In this document: positions 9,944 to 19,173 of the stretch, in pieces
How the letters are laid out: the number at the start of each line of letters is the position of its first letter
Numbering within the stretch: the stretch's first letter is position 1
DNA from: Minisyncoccota bacterium
GTDB taxonomy: Bacteria > Patescibacteriota > Minisyncoccia > UBA6257 > 2-01-FULL-56-20
Reading direction: 5' to 3'
NCBI GenBank assembly: GCA_036510525.1
Contig: DATCDU010000011.1
Span: 2,241 to 66,240 of the forward strand
DNA length: 64,000 nt
The notes under the pieces: generated by a model
Seen by the model: the letters and a program-made list of their open reading frames with translations, nothing else
What the model was told of the DNA's origin: nothing
Databases searched by the model: none
Position numbers and translations under genes: made by a program

Positions 9944-10999
9944 CTAAAGTGCGAACGGCGTCGCGCCACGCCAATCGGCGGTGAATGTTTTCACAAGCGA
10001 CGCGATGATCGTCTGATCCCGCGTAATAACCCCAAGCTCGCGATTTTCGCCGAGCGATGTCGGTGAAAAATTCTCCGAGCCGACGAACGCGCGTTCCGAC
10101 GTAGTCCCGTCGTCCGCCACGATCATCTTGGCGTGGATGTAGAGCGGCGCGGCGGGGTCATCGGCATATGTGCGCACATGCGCGCCTGCGGTCGTAAGCT
10201 CCTCGAACTCCCACTTCCACTCTGCCGCGCCGGTCATGTCCACGTAGACCGCAACGCCGCGCTCCGCCGCGTCGATGAGCGCCTTCGTTACGTCGGTATC
10301 GTCCATCTCCTCGTTATAAATATAGAGTGATTTCTTCGCGTTGGCGATGAGATCGATCAACACCGGCTCCGAGCCGGGACTCCACACGAGGTCATCGCCC
10401 GCGCCGCCATTATTTCCAGAACCTGCTACAGCCGCGTTCCCCTCCCAGTCGGCATCAAACGTATGCTCTATAGCCGCAACATCGCGCGGGTCGCCGTCGA
10501 TAATCCCAAAATCCCTGCCCGTCGCGTAATATTTTGATACCAGATTGAACGTCATGATGAGCGCGCGATCGCCGTCGATGACCAATGATTTTTCGTGCGT
10601 TAGAGAAAAATATGCAGGCGACCAACGGACCGAAACGCCATGCGCCACCAAAAAATCATACGCCGCGGCATTCATCGTGGCTGGCGTGGTGGACGACGCG
10701 CCGTTATATCCCCCACTTAAGATGACCCGCACCGCTACGCCGCGCCGCTCGTCCGCGGCGAGCGCCGATTCGATCCGCGCATCATCCAGCTCGTACATCA
10801 CGAGATCGAGCGACGCACGTGCACCATTTATCATAGCGAGCACCGGCGCGACGCCATCATCCGGCTCGGTAATGAGCGACAACGCACCGCTTGTCGGAAT
10901 TGCCTCCTCTTTTCTGGTAAAAACTTTTGGCGCAGCTATAAATAACGCAATCGCAACGATCGCCAACAGGATCATTAACGCAATATATTTCCGGTGCAT
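9944..10999 (-). CDS. membrane-anchored phospholipase D-family protein
   Basis: Two HKD motifs (HEKSLVID, HAKMIVAD), GSEN, N-terminal TM helix. Confidence 0.9.
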   Translation of the reverse strand: MHRKYIALMILLAIVAIALFIAAPKVFTRKEEAIPTSGALSLITEPDDGVAPVLAMINGARASLDLVMYELDDARIESALAADERRGVAVRVILSGGYNGASSTTPATMNAAAYDFLVAHGVSVRWSPAYFSLTHEKSLVIDGDRALIMTFNLVSKYYATGRDFGIIDGDPRDVAAIEHTFDADWEGNAAVAGSGNNGGAGDDLVWSPGSEPVLIDLIANAKKSLYIYNEEMDDTDVTKALIDAAERGVAVYVDMTGAAEWKWEFEELTTAGAHVRTYADDPAAPLYIHAKMIVADDGTTSERAFVGSENFSPTSLGENRELGVITRDQTIIASLVKTFTADWRGATPFAL

Positions 11000-11050
11000 C
11001 CGAAAACACTATCACGCCAATATTAAAAAGAGGTTAAAACTATTATTTCT

Positions 11051-11461
11051 CTATCTCCAACCGCCGATGATGGCACCTGCGATGACGAGCGTCAGAAACA
11101 TATTACCAATGCTCAACCAGAAGAAAATCATCTTGCCTCCCCAAAGCGTATTACCGAAAGCCAGCGTCACGACGAAGCCAAGCCAAAGTAACAGCGCGAT
11201 ATGAATGGCGCCCATTATACCAAGCGAGCCAGTAGAAACAATCATGATGTTTAGAACACTGAACATGACCACGCTCGCTATGAACTGCCACAAATAATTC
11301 CACGCCATCCCCTTCTTCATCGCATTCTGCTCTTCTTTACTGCGCTTATCCCAGCCGTGCGCGCTGATAAACGTCTTGCCGAACAGCGGCCCATACCACA
11401 GCCCACCAACGATCATCGATGCCACCGCACTCGCAAGCACCGCCCAATAGTTTATTGTCAT
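11051..11461 (-). CDS. DUF1761-family membrane protein
   Basis: INYWAVLASA...GGLWYGPLFG. Confidence 0.8.
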   Translation of the reverse strand: MTINYWAVLASAVASMIVGGLWYGPLFGKTFISAHGWDKRSKEEQNAMKKGMAWNYLWQFIASVVMFSVLNIMIVSTGSLGIMGAIHIALLLWLGFVVTLAFGNTLWGGKMIFFWLSIGNMFLTLVIAGAIIGGWR

Positions 11462-11564
11462 GAAGTTAATGTTATTTTCTTTAATTGTAGCAAATTATTT
11501 TGCGCCTACCCGACTCTGAACTCCTTGTAAGAAGGTCCATAATTACTTTATAGTATAACGCACG

Positions 11565-12590
11565 ATGAACAACGACAAAAACTTCTGGCTCACGCTCCCC
11601 CGCCCGATCATGGCGCAGGCGCCGATGGCGAACGTCACGGACGCGGCGTTTCGGCGCATGTTCGCGGAGTGCGGTAAGCCGGATGTCTTTTGGACGGAGT
11701 TCGTTTCCGTGGAAGGACTGCTCTCGCGCGGACGCGAGAAGTTGCTGACCGACCTCTGGTTCGATAAAGACAACCGGGCCGAGCGCCCGATCGTGGCGCA
11801 GATCTTTGGTGGAAAGCCGGAGCAGTTCGAGGAGGTCGGACCACTCATCCAGAAGCTCGGCTTTGACGGCATCGATATCAACACTGGCTGTCCGGACCGC
11901 GGCGTGGAAAAGTCCGGCGGTGGGGCGTCGCTCATTAAAGATCCGGCGCGGGCAAAAGAGATCATCCGCGCGCTCAAGCGCGGCGCCGGCGGCCTGCCCG
12001 TTTCGGTAAAGACGCGGCTCGGCTATAAAAGCATGGATGAAATGGAGGAGTGGCTGACGGCACTTTTGGAGGAAGACCTGGCGGCGCTTACCGTCCACCT
12101 CCGCACTCGCGCCGAGATGTCTGATGTGGACGCCCACTGGGAGCTGGCGCCGAAGATCGTCGCCCTCCGCGACCGGATTACTCCCCAAACTGTCCTTCTC
12201 GGCAACGGCGACGTCCGTTCTCTCGAGGACGGCCGCGCGAAAGCGGCCGAATCCGGCATGGACGGGGTGATGGTGGGCTCCGGCATCTTCGGCAACCCCT
12301 GGTTCTTCTCCGGTCGGACGCCCGGCATCCGCGAGCGGCTCGAACGCCTGGTGACTCACACAGAGCTCTTTGAAAAGCTCTACCGGAGCGATAATCCCAA
12401 AACGATCGGCCAGGACGGGCGGCTCAAGAACTTCGACGTTATGAAAAAGCACTATAAATCCTATACCAGCGCTCACGACGATGGCCAGGGCGGCTTCGAC
12501 GGCGCCAAAGAGCTCCGGATGCGCCTCATGGACGCCGAAAATGCCGCTGAGGTACGCAAAATAGTGCTGGATTTCCTGGATAAACCGTAA
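11565..12590 (+). CDS. dus: tRNA-dihydrouridine synthase
   Basis: APMANVTD, DINTGCP, VSVKTRLG, GNGDV. Confidence 0.93.
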   Translation: MNNDKNFWLTLPRPIMAQAPMANVTDAAFRRMFAECGKPDVFWTEFVSVEGLLSRGREKLLTDLWFDKDNRAERPIVAQIFGGKPEQFEEVGPLIQKLGFDGIDINTGCPDRGVEKSGGGASLIKDPARAKEIIRALKRGAGGLPVSVKTRLGYKSMDEMEEWLTALLEEDLAALTVHLRTRAEMSDVDAHWELAPKIVALRDRITPQTVLLGNGDVRSLEDGRAKAAESGMDGVMVGSGIFGNPWFFSGRTPGIRERLERLVTHTELFEKLYRSDNPKTIGQDGRLKNFDVMKKHYKSYTSAHDDGQGGFDGAKELRMRLMDAENAAEVRKIVLDFLDKP

Positions 12591-12686
12591 AATATAGCCT
12601 ATTGAGGCACAAAACCGCCCCGACCTCCACCTTAGACGTTCGGTTGACTTTTGGGGAGTGGTCTGCTAAGCTGAAAGTACAAATAA

Positions 12687-13175
12687 ATGAGTACCATGCG
12701 CCCCGCGAGGGGCTATTTTATTGGGAAAGTGGTCAATTGCCTTAAGGCCCTCGCGGTCATAGGTCTTCTGGCCTATCCGGCAACCATCCAGGCCGATACT
12801 GCGGTCCAGCCCGCGCAAACAACTCTTCCGGCGGCTCCGGCCACCCGGGCCGTGGCGGCAACCGTCGCAGCCACCAAAACCGTCTGGGTAACGGCCTATA
12901 CGAGCGCGCCGGATGAGACGTCCGACCACCCCCTCATCACCGCCTCCGGCGCCATGGTGAGCGACGGGATCGTGGCGGCCAACTTCCTTCCCTTCGGAAC
13001 CCAAATAGAGATCCCCGCGCTCTTCGGCACTAAGGTCTTCACGGTTGAAGACCGGACGAGCGCAAAGTTCGGCGGCCGCGTGGACATTTGGATGCCCACC
13101 GTCGGCCAGGCGGTCAACTTTGGTATAGAACACGCAGAGATCGTCATCCTCGACCAGAACCTGGCAATGCAGTAA
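12687..13175 (+). CDS. secreted 3D-domain (cell-wall lytic-like) protein
   Basis: TAYTS, ITASG, VEDR, VDIWMP 3D motifs; signal peptide. Confidence 0.85.
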   Translation: MSTMRPARGYFIGKVVNCLKALAVIGLLAYPATIQADTAVQPAQTTLPAAPATRAVAATVAATKTVWVTAYTSAPDETSDHPLITASGAMVSDGIVAANFLPFGTQIEIPALFGTKVFTVEDRTSAKFGGRVDIWMPTVGQAVNFGIEHAEIVILDQNLAMQ

Positions 13176-13184
13176 AATACTCTG

Positions 13185-13754
13185 GTGTCGCGCCAACTTT
13201 TCCGGTTCATCATTCAGTATAAGTACGCGATCATCTTCCCGATCGCCACGCTTGAGGGTCCCATCATCACACTCGTGTCGGGATTTCTCATATCGCTCGG
13301 CATTCTAAGTTTTGTCCCCACATTTTTAGTGGTGTTCGCCGGAGATCTGATCTCCGATTCTTTTTATTTCTGGCTCGGCAGCCGCGGAAGGGGCTTCGTC
13401 GAGCGGATAAAGTTTCTCCACATCACACCGGCGCGGCTTGAGAAAGTGGAACAGCATTATGAGAAGCATCCGGGGAAGACACTGCTTGTCAGCAAGGCGT
13501 CGTATGGCATTGGATCGCTGTTCCTCATCGCCGCTGGGGCATCAAAGATGGCGTATCAGAAATTTTTGGAGTACATCACGCCGATGAACGCAGTGCGCTC
13601 GAGCGCACTGCTCCTGATCGGCTACTTTTTAGGCAGGGCGGTGCGCTATTCGGGAACGTATCTTGAGTGGTATACGTTCGGCGTCATCATTGTTCTGCCC
13701 CTCGGATATTATATAATCAGGAAGATACAAGAAAACAATGTTGAAAGGGTTTAA
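13185..13754 (+). CDS. DedA/VTT-family membrane protein
   Basis: LEGP, GDLISDSFYFWLG. Confidence 0.85.
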   Translation: MSRQLFRFIIQYKYAIIFPIATLEGPIITLVSGFLISLGILSFVPTFLVVFAGDLISDSFYFWLGSRGRGFVERIKFLHITPARLEKVEQHYEKHPGKTLLVSKASYGIGSLFLIAAGASKMAYQKFLEYITPMNAVRSSALLLIGYFLGRAVRYSGTYLEWYTFGVIIVLPLGYYIIRKIQENNVERV

Positions 13755-14154
13755 AGAATTCATCCTGCGCGGGAGCGTGGTGGACCTGGCGGTCGGCGTC
13801 ATGGTGGGCGCCGCGTTCAACAGCGTCGTGTCATCGCTCGTGAAGGACCTGATGACCCCGCTCATCGCCGCTATCTTCAAACAGCCCAATTTCTCCACGT
13901 TCTCCTTCACGGTGAACGGCAGCCAGTTCCTCTACGGAGATTTCATCAACAACCTCATCTCGTTCCTGATCACCGCCGCCACGATCTACTTCTTTATCGT
14001 ACTCCCGATCAATAAGCTGAGCGCTAAGCACAAAAAGCCCGGCCCGGCGGCGGAAGCTACCACGAAAGTTTGCCCTGAGTGCCTCAGCAGCATCCCCGCC
14101 AAAGCAAAGCGCTGTGCGTACTGCACGAGCATGCAACCAGAACCAAAATCATAA
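13738..14154 (+). CDS. mscL: large-conductance mechanosensitive channel with C-terminal Zn ribbon
   Basis: FKEFILRGSVVDLAVG; CPEC...CAYC tail. Confidence 0.95.
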   Translation: MLKGFKEFILRGSVVDLAVGVMVGAAFNSVVSSLVKDLMTPLIAAIFKQPNFSTFSFTVNGSQFLYGDFINNLISFLITAATIYFFIVLPINKLSAKHKKPGPAAEATTKVCPECLSSIPAKAKRCAYCTSMQPEPKS

Positions 14155-14158
14155 AGCG

Positions 14159-14692
14159 ATGCGGATGGAAATGGAACCGGCGTTCGAGACGGATACCGAA
14201 ACGGAAGTAGCGATGGAAGGTTTTCGAGAGGAACGCGCGGAGATGCTACAAGATATCACGAAACGAAAAATCGCCGAAACCGCACTCTTGCTTACGCCCG
14301 GCTTGGACATAGCGGCGCTCGCCACGTTTGCCGCACGCGGCGAGACATTCGTTGGGAAGAAACTCGATGCCAGGGAACGACTGAATTACGCGGCGATCGC
14401 CGGATTCCTCGGACTTTTCTATGTACTCCAGCTTTCCGGAATGGAAAAGGAAGCGATCGCCGCCCGGGGCATCGCCGCAACGCTCGGCACGATGGAGTTC
14501 GGTCCCGATCTTTTGGAAAAGGCCTCCGCGCTTGCGCGAGAACGAATGCCTTCTGCGGCATCATTCATGGAAAAGACCGGGGATTTTATAAAGGATAAGC
14601 AGTCACTCATCGAAGACGTCCGGCGTTCCATGATCGAGCTCGCCACGAACGATCCCGGACTTATCTCGCTCAATCTCAATGAACACGCGTAA
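14159..14692 (+). CDS. hypothetical protein
   Basis: Open frame tightly following mscL; no recognised motif. Confidence 0.65.
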   Translation: MRMEMEPAFETDTETEVAMEGFREERAEMLQDITKRKIAETALLLTPGLDIAALATFAARGETFVGKKLDARERLNYAAIAGFLGLFYVLQLSGMEKEAIAARGIAATLGTMEFGPDLLEKASALARERMPSAASFMEKTGDFIKDKQSLIEDVRRSMIELATNDPGLISLNLNEHA

Positions 14693-14855
14693 GGCAAAGC
14701 TCCACGAGACCATAGAGCGGTTGATCGCCATTCACGAGGATGCGGCCGAGCTCCGCTATTGGGAATCAATTTTTGATAATCTCTCGGATCAGGAGCAGGA
14801 AATGGTGCTATCGAACTTGGAGCATGAATTGGCAGCGGTCAAAGAGGCGCAGTGA
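14679..14855 (+). CDS. small acidic helical hypothetical protein (58 aa)
   Basis: Manual translation MNTRKAKLHETIERLIAIHEDAAELRYWESIFDNLSDQEQEMVLSNLEHELAAVKEAQ; overlaps the upstream stop and fills the gap. Confidence 0.6.
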   Translation: MNTRKAKLHETIERLIAIHEDAAELRYWESIFDNLSDQEQEMVLSNLEHELAAVKEAQ

Positions 14856-14865
14856 AATATCATCC

Positions 14866-15402
14866 CTAAGCCTCACCCAATCCCTTCCTACTCCCGGCGA
14901 GCAACCAGTGAATCAGCCACGCGGACAGCAAGCCCACCACCGCGCCGCCTAGGATGTCGAGCGGCCAATGGACGCCGGTGTAGATCCGCGCGAGGCCCAT
15001 CAGCACGGACAGCGCGAGGAACCACCATCCCCACTTGCGGTTGGCGAACCAGACGGCGAGCGCGAGCGCGAAGAACCACGCAGCGTGCCCCGACGGAAAT
15101 GACCATCCGCTCTCGCTCACGAGCGGCGTGAAGCTATAAAAAGAGAACGGGCGCGGCTCGTGATAGAAATAGTGGATGGCCGTCGCCACGATCCCGCGCG
15201 CGAGGATGATCGCAAGCGCACCTTCGCAAAAAAGATATACCTTTCGCCGCCATCCCTTTTGGTAATAGACGAGCACGAGGAACGCGAGCACGAGCAGATA
15301 TGGCAAATATTCTGCAAAGAATATCGCGAGCACGTCCCAAAACGCGTTGTGATGCCCGGCGGCGTAGAAGAAGGGGAAGAGTTTTTGGTTAAGGGAAAAC
15401 AT
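14866..15402 (-). CDS. PAP2-family phosphatase (BcrC-like undecaprenyl-PP phosphatase)
   Basis: RP, SFPSGH, ARIYTGVHWPLD motifs. Confidence 0.9.
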   Translation of the reverse strand: MFSLNQKLFPFFYAAGHHNAFWDVLAIFFAEYLPYLLVLAFLVLVYYQKGWRRKVYLFCEGALAIILARGIVATAIHYFYHEPRPFSFYSFTPLVSESGWSFPSGHAAWFFALALAVWFANRKWGWWFLALSVLMGLARIYTGVHWPLDILGGAVVGLLSAWLIHWLLAGSRKGLGEA

Positions 15403-15459
15403 ATTCGTCTATTATAGCATGCGAAATAAAAAGGCCGACTTTACGTCGGTCTTCCCTAT

Positions 15460-15675
15460 CTATTTGCGAACGTACGGCAGTAATGCCATGAACCTCGCCT
15501 GCTTTATAGCTGTCGCGAGCTTGCGCTGGTGCTTGGCGCAGACGTGCGTGTGACGCGGGTCGATGATCTTTGCCTGGCTCGAAACGAACCGGCGCAAAAG
15601 GTCGATCTCCTTGTAGTCGATGTTCTTTAAGTTCTGCGAGCAGAAAAAGCACTGCTGGGATATGATTGGGGCCAT
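15460..15675 (-). CDS. rpsR: 30S ribosomal protein S18
   Basis: IDYKEIDLLRRF, KHQRKLATAIKQARFMALLPY. Confidence 0.96.
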   Translation of the reverse strand: MAPIISQQCFFCSQNLKNIDYKEIDLLRRFVSSQAKIIDPRHTHVCAKHQRKLATAIKQARFMALLPYVRK

Positions 15676-15700
15676 ATAATGGGTTGGTTATCTAATAACG

Positions 15701-16273
15701 TTATACTTTTCTTACCTGGAGCGAATCAAGCTCTACTGCGGTGTCGCGGCCGAAGATAGGCACCAAAACCTTGATGCTACCCTTCTCCTCGTTGACCTCG
15801 GAGATCTTTCCGTCATATTCCTTGAACGGACCGTCGGTTATTTTTACCAGATCACCCACCTTCAAGTCAAGGATCATCTTCTTGTCGCCCTCGCCGGTGC
15901 GCGCGAGGAGGAAATCCACTTCGTCTTTGGAGAGCGGCGTCGGCGTCGTGTTATCGGGACCGACGAAGCCGGTCACGCGCGGCGTGTTGCGCACCACGTA
16001 CCACGAATCCTCGGTAAGGATCATCTCGACCAGAACATATCCGGGATAGATCTTCTCTTCCACGGTCGTGCGCTTGCCGGCCTTCACTTTTATCTTCTTC
16101 TCCTTCGGGACGAGAATATTGAAAATCTTGTCGCCCATCGCGAGCGATTCCACGCGCTGTTTCAAGTAGCGCGAGACCGCTTCTTCATAGCCCGAATACG
16201 TCTGCACGGCGTACCACTGCCGTACTGCCGGTTTTTGGTTCTCTGTACCTGAACTTGGATGATTGAGTGCCAT
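15701..16273 (-). CDS. nusG: transcription termination/antitermination factor NusG
   Basis: WYAVQTYSGYE, PGYVLVEM, KOW motif GPFK. Confidence 0.97.
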   Translation of the reverse strand: MALNHPSSGTENQKPAVRQWYAVQTYSGYEEAVSRYLKQRVESLAMGDKIFNILVPKEKKIKVKAGKRTTVEEKIYPGYVLVEMILTEDSWYVVRNTPRVTGFVGPDNTTPTPLSKDEVDFLLARTGEGDKKMILDLKVGDLVKITDGPFKEYDGKISEVNEEKGSIKVLVPIFGRDTAVELDSLQVRKV

Positions 16274-16299
16274 AATGCCCTACTCTATATATTAATATA

Positions 16300-16488
16300 T
16301 TACGCCAAAATAAAATTCTTTATCAAGAACGAGAAAAGATAATCGAACGAGCCCAAAAAGATCGCGAGGCCCACGGCGATCCCGATCACGATGAGGGTGA
16401 GGCGCGTCGCTTCCTGGCGCGTCGGCCAATTGACGTGACGGATCTCCTGCTGCGCTTCCCTAAAAAATTTTGTTATCCGGGCAAACAT
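16300..16488 (-). CDS. secE: preprotein translocase SecE
   Basis: EIRHVNWPTR plus TM helix; upstream of nusG. Confidence 0.95.
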   Translation of the reverse strand: MFARITKFFREAQQEIRHVNWPTRQEATRLTLIVIGIAVGLAIFLGSFDYLFSFLIKNFILA

Positions 16489-16554
16489 GATTTCTATTTT
16501 CTGGCTGTTTTTTCCAATTAAAATACCGCTATACTCGCGGTTGGAGGTAATAAG

Positions 16555-16583
16555 AGTGTAGCACTGGCGGGGCTTGGCGTCAA
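16555..16583 (-). promoter_or_regulatory. sigma70 promoter of secE-nusG-rpsR
   Basis: TTGACG-17 nt-TACACT with TGn. Confidence 0.65.
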
Positions 16584-16653
16584 ACGGGAATACGCCTCAG
16601 GAAAACCGAGGGCACGCGCCCGAACTGTGCCAACCACAGCCCGGGCGCACCGG

Positions 16654-16726
16654 TGGACCTGGAGGGGATCGAACCCACTTTTCCCGCTTGCTAAAGACGG
16701 TGTCCTACCAAATAAACGACAGGCCC
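16654..16726 (-). ncRNA. aberrant tRNA-like RNA 1 (Ala-type acceptor G3:U70, A73; irregular anticodon arm)
   Basis: GGGCCTG/CAGGTCC acceptor, D loop TGGTA, T arm GTGGG-TTCGATC-CCCTC, anticodon arm CCGT-CTTTAGCAA-GCGG; 73 nt; no encoded CCA. Confidence 0.8.
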
Positions 16727-16776
16727 ATCTTCCACCGGCAAAAGCAGATTAACAAAAAGAGCATTAAAACTATCTA

Positions 16777-16858
16777 AAACGAAAACAGCCCCCGAAGGAG
16801 TTGTTTTCGTAGCAAGCGGGATTCGTACCTGCCGTTCAGGTAAGACATCGTCTCGCCT
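16777..16858 (-). ncRNA. small RNA antisense to tRNA-like RNA 1, ending in an intrinsic terminator
   Basis: Promoter TTGACT-16-TAAGAT (16889-16862); three blocks complementary to 16695-16709, 16713-16723 and 16682-16693; cUUCGg terminator 16779-16810. Confidence 0.7.
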
Positions 16859-16916
16859 ATTATCTTAGTCCATTTAAAAGAAAAGTCAAAAACTATTTAA
16901 TGATTTTTTAACAACT

Positions 16917-19070
16917 CTACACATCCAGATTCTGCACCGTCGCGGCGTGGGCCTGGATGAAGTTCTTGCGGGGCTCCACGGCGTCGCCCATCAGGGTATC
17001 AAAAAGCTTGTCGGCCTTCTCGGCATCTTCTACCATCACCTGCTTCATCAAGCGCACTTCCGGATTCATCGTGGTCACCCAAAGCTGTTCAGCATTCATT
17101 TCGCCAAGACCCTTGTAGCGCTGGATGTTCGGCTGGCGCTTTCCGTCGCCCTGCCCTTCAGTGACGCCTTCCGGCGACTCTTCCGAAGTTTCCTCATCCT
17201 CAGCTTCGACTTCCTTTTTCTTCACCGCCTTCTTTGCTGCCGCTGCGGCCGGCGCAAGCTTCTGCATTTCCGTGACCACTTTATCTTTCTCCTCATCCGA
17301 GAATGCGTACTTCACGTTCTTGCCAAGCTGAATGCGATAAAGCGGCGGCTGAGCGATGTACACGTATCCGCCGTCCACCACTTCGCGGAAGTAGCGATAG
17401 AACAGCGTGAGAAGGAGCGTGCGAATGTGTGCGCCATCAACGTCGGCATCCGTCATGATGATGATTTTGTGGTAGCGCAATTTTTCCATACTGAACTCTT
17501 CGCCAATCGCGGTGCCGATCGCGATGACGAGCGAGCGCACCTCCGCGTTCGCGAGCATCTTGTCGAGACGAGCGCGCTCCACGTTGAGGGGCTTGCCGCG
17601 CAACGGAAGGATCGCCTGCGTGTGCCGATTGCGGCCCTGTTTGGCCGTGCCTCCTGCGGAATCTCCCTCTACTATAAATAGCTCCGACTCCGCGGCGATC
17701 TTGGATGTGCAATCCGCGAGCTTGCCCGGGAGTGTGAGTCCCTCGAACGCGCCCTTGCGCAGCACGGTTTCACGCGCCGCCTTTGCCGCAAGCCGCGCCT
17801 TTGCGGTAAGGATAACTTTTTGGATGATGGCTTTTCCTTCCTGCGGATGCTTCTCTAAAAATTCCTTCAATGCCTCGTTCACGACGGCCTCCGTAGCAGT
17901 GCGCGCTTCCGGGTTGCCAAGCTTTGCTTTTGTCTGGCCTTCAAACTGCGGGTCAGTGAGCTTTACCGAGACGACGGCGACCAATCCTTCGCGCACATCG
18001 TCGGCCGTCAGGTTTTCTTCTTTCTCCTTCAGCCACCCCTCGGAGCGGGCGTAATTGTTAAGCGTGCGGGTGAGCGCGGAACGGAAACCGGTCAGGTGCA
18101 TACCCCCTTCCGGGGTATTGATGTTGTTGGCGAAGCTCATCTCCATGACGCGAGTATCATCCACGTACAGGAATCCGACCTCGATATCCAGTTTCTCCGC
18201 TTCCTTCTCCACATAAAAAATATCCTCGTTGAGGCGGTTCTTTTTTTGTGAGAGATATTTCACGTACGAGAGCACGCCGCCTTCGAAATAGAATCCGTAG
18301 AAATACGGTACCGGCTTGCGGCGATCGTGGAAATTGATGCGGATGCCTTTCGTAAGATACGCTTGCTGGCGCAAACGCTCCAGGATCACTTTGTCGTTGA
18401 ACTCCATCTCGGAGAAGATCTCCGGATCGGGAGAGAACGTGGTCTTCGTGCCGTGCCCTTTGGACGCGCCAAGCTTCTTCACTTTATATTCCGGCTTGCC
18501 GCGTTTGTATTCTTGGACGTATAATCCGCCGTCGCGTTCGACTTCCACTTTGACCCATGACGAAAGCGCATTCACCACCGATGCGCCGACGCCGTGCAAT
18601 CCTCCGGAGACTTTGTATCCTTCTCCGCCGAACTTTCCTCCTGCGTGGAGGACGGTCATAACGGTCTCGAGCGTGGATTTTTTGGTCTGCGGATGGATGT
18701 CCACCGGAATGCCGCGGCCGTCGTCCTGAACGCTCACTTTATTGTCGGGCAGGAGTTCCACGGTGATGGTTTTGGCATAGCCCGCCATCGCTTCGTCGAT
18801 GCCGTTGTCCACGATCTCCCAGATCAGGTGATGTAATCCGGTAGTCCCCGTGGAACCGATGTACATACCCGGTCGCTTGCGAACAGGATCCAATCCTTCA
18901 AGAACAGTGATGTCCTTCGCCCCGTACGTGGCACTCCCTTTATTGCTGGCCTTGGCCTCAACTTTAACCGGGGCTTTTGAGGCTTTTTTGACCTCCTTGT
19001 TTGCTTCTTGCTTTGTTGATTCTTGGGCCACTTTTATTGGATTTTTCGTTAAAAAATGCCTCTCTGGCAA
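16917..19070 (-). CDS. gyrB: DNA gyrase subunit B
   Basis: VRKRPGMYIG, EGDSAGG, PLRGK, DADVDG, QRYKGLGEM. Confidence 0.97.
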   Translation of the reverse strand: MPERHFLTKNPIKVAQESTKQEANKEVKKASKAPVKVEAKASNKGSATYGAKDITVLEGLDPVRKRPGMYIGSTGTTGLHHLIWEIVDNGIDEAMAGYAKTITVELLPDNKVSVQDDGRGIPVDIHPQTKKSTLETVMTVLHAGGKFGGEGYKVSGGLHGVGASVVNALSSWVKVEVERDGGLYVQEYKRGKPEYKVKKLGASKGHGTKTTFSPDPEIFSEMEFNDKVILERLRQQAYLTKGIRINFHDRRKPVPYFYGFYFEGGVLSYVKYLSQKKNRLNEDIFYVEKEAEKLDIEVGFLYVDDTRVMEMSFANNINTPEGGMHLTGFRSALTRTLNNYARSEGWLKEKEENLTADDVREGLVAVVSVKLTDPQFEGQTKAKLGNPEARTATEAVVNEALKEFLEKHPQEGKAIIQKVILTAKARLAAKAARETVLRKGAFEGLTLPGKLADCTSKIAAESELFIVEGDSAGGTAKQGRNRHTQAILPLRGKPLNVERARLDKMLANAEVRSLVIAIGTAIGEEFSMEKLRYHKIIIMTDADVDGAHIRTLLLTLFYRYFREVVDGGYVYIAQPPLYRIQLGKNVKYAFSDEEKDKVVTEMQKLAPAAAAAKKAVKKKEVEAEDEETSEESPEGVTEGQGDGKRQPNIQRYKGLGEMNAEQLWVTTMNPEVRLMKQVMVEDAEKADKLFDTLMGDAVEPRKNFIQAHAATVQNLDV

Positions 19071-19110
19071 TACAGATATTTTAGCATGTTTCAGAGGATA
19101 AATCTAATAG

Positions 19111-19173
19111 TAAAACAGGGCGGATTCTCGCCGAACGGTCATCTGCCTGGAGGCGAGAATCCGCCCTGTTTTA
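19111..19173. repeat. perfect 22-bp inverted repeat (terminator/REP-like)
   Basis: TAAAACAGGGCGGATTCTCGCC ... GGCGAGAATCCGCCCTGTTTTA, 19-nt loop. Confidence 0.85.

Noticed and set aside
11481-12476. Long antisense ORFs opposite dus, gyrB, groEL and others
   Set aside because: Expected shadow frames of GC-rich coding sequence, with no motifs
16654-16726. tmRNA or permuted tmRNA interpretation of the G3:U70 element
   Set aside because: It has a full D stem and a closed short anticodon arm, no tag ORF or pseudoknot region, and a second paralog exists
16777-16858. Fluoride or guanidine-II riboswitch, or tRNA-derived att remnant
   Set aside because: Consensus motifs do not fit; nearly the whole sequence is explained by complementarity to the downstream tRNA-like RNA, repeated in module 2; no integrase nearby
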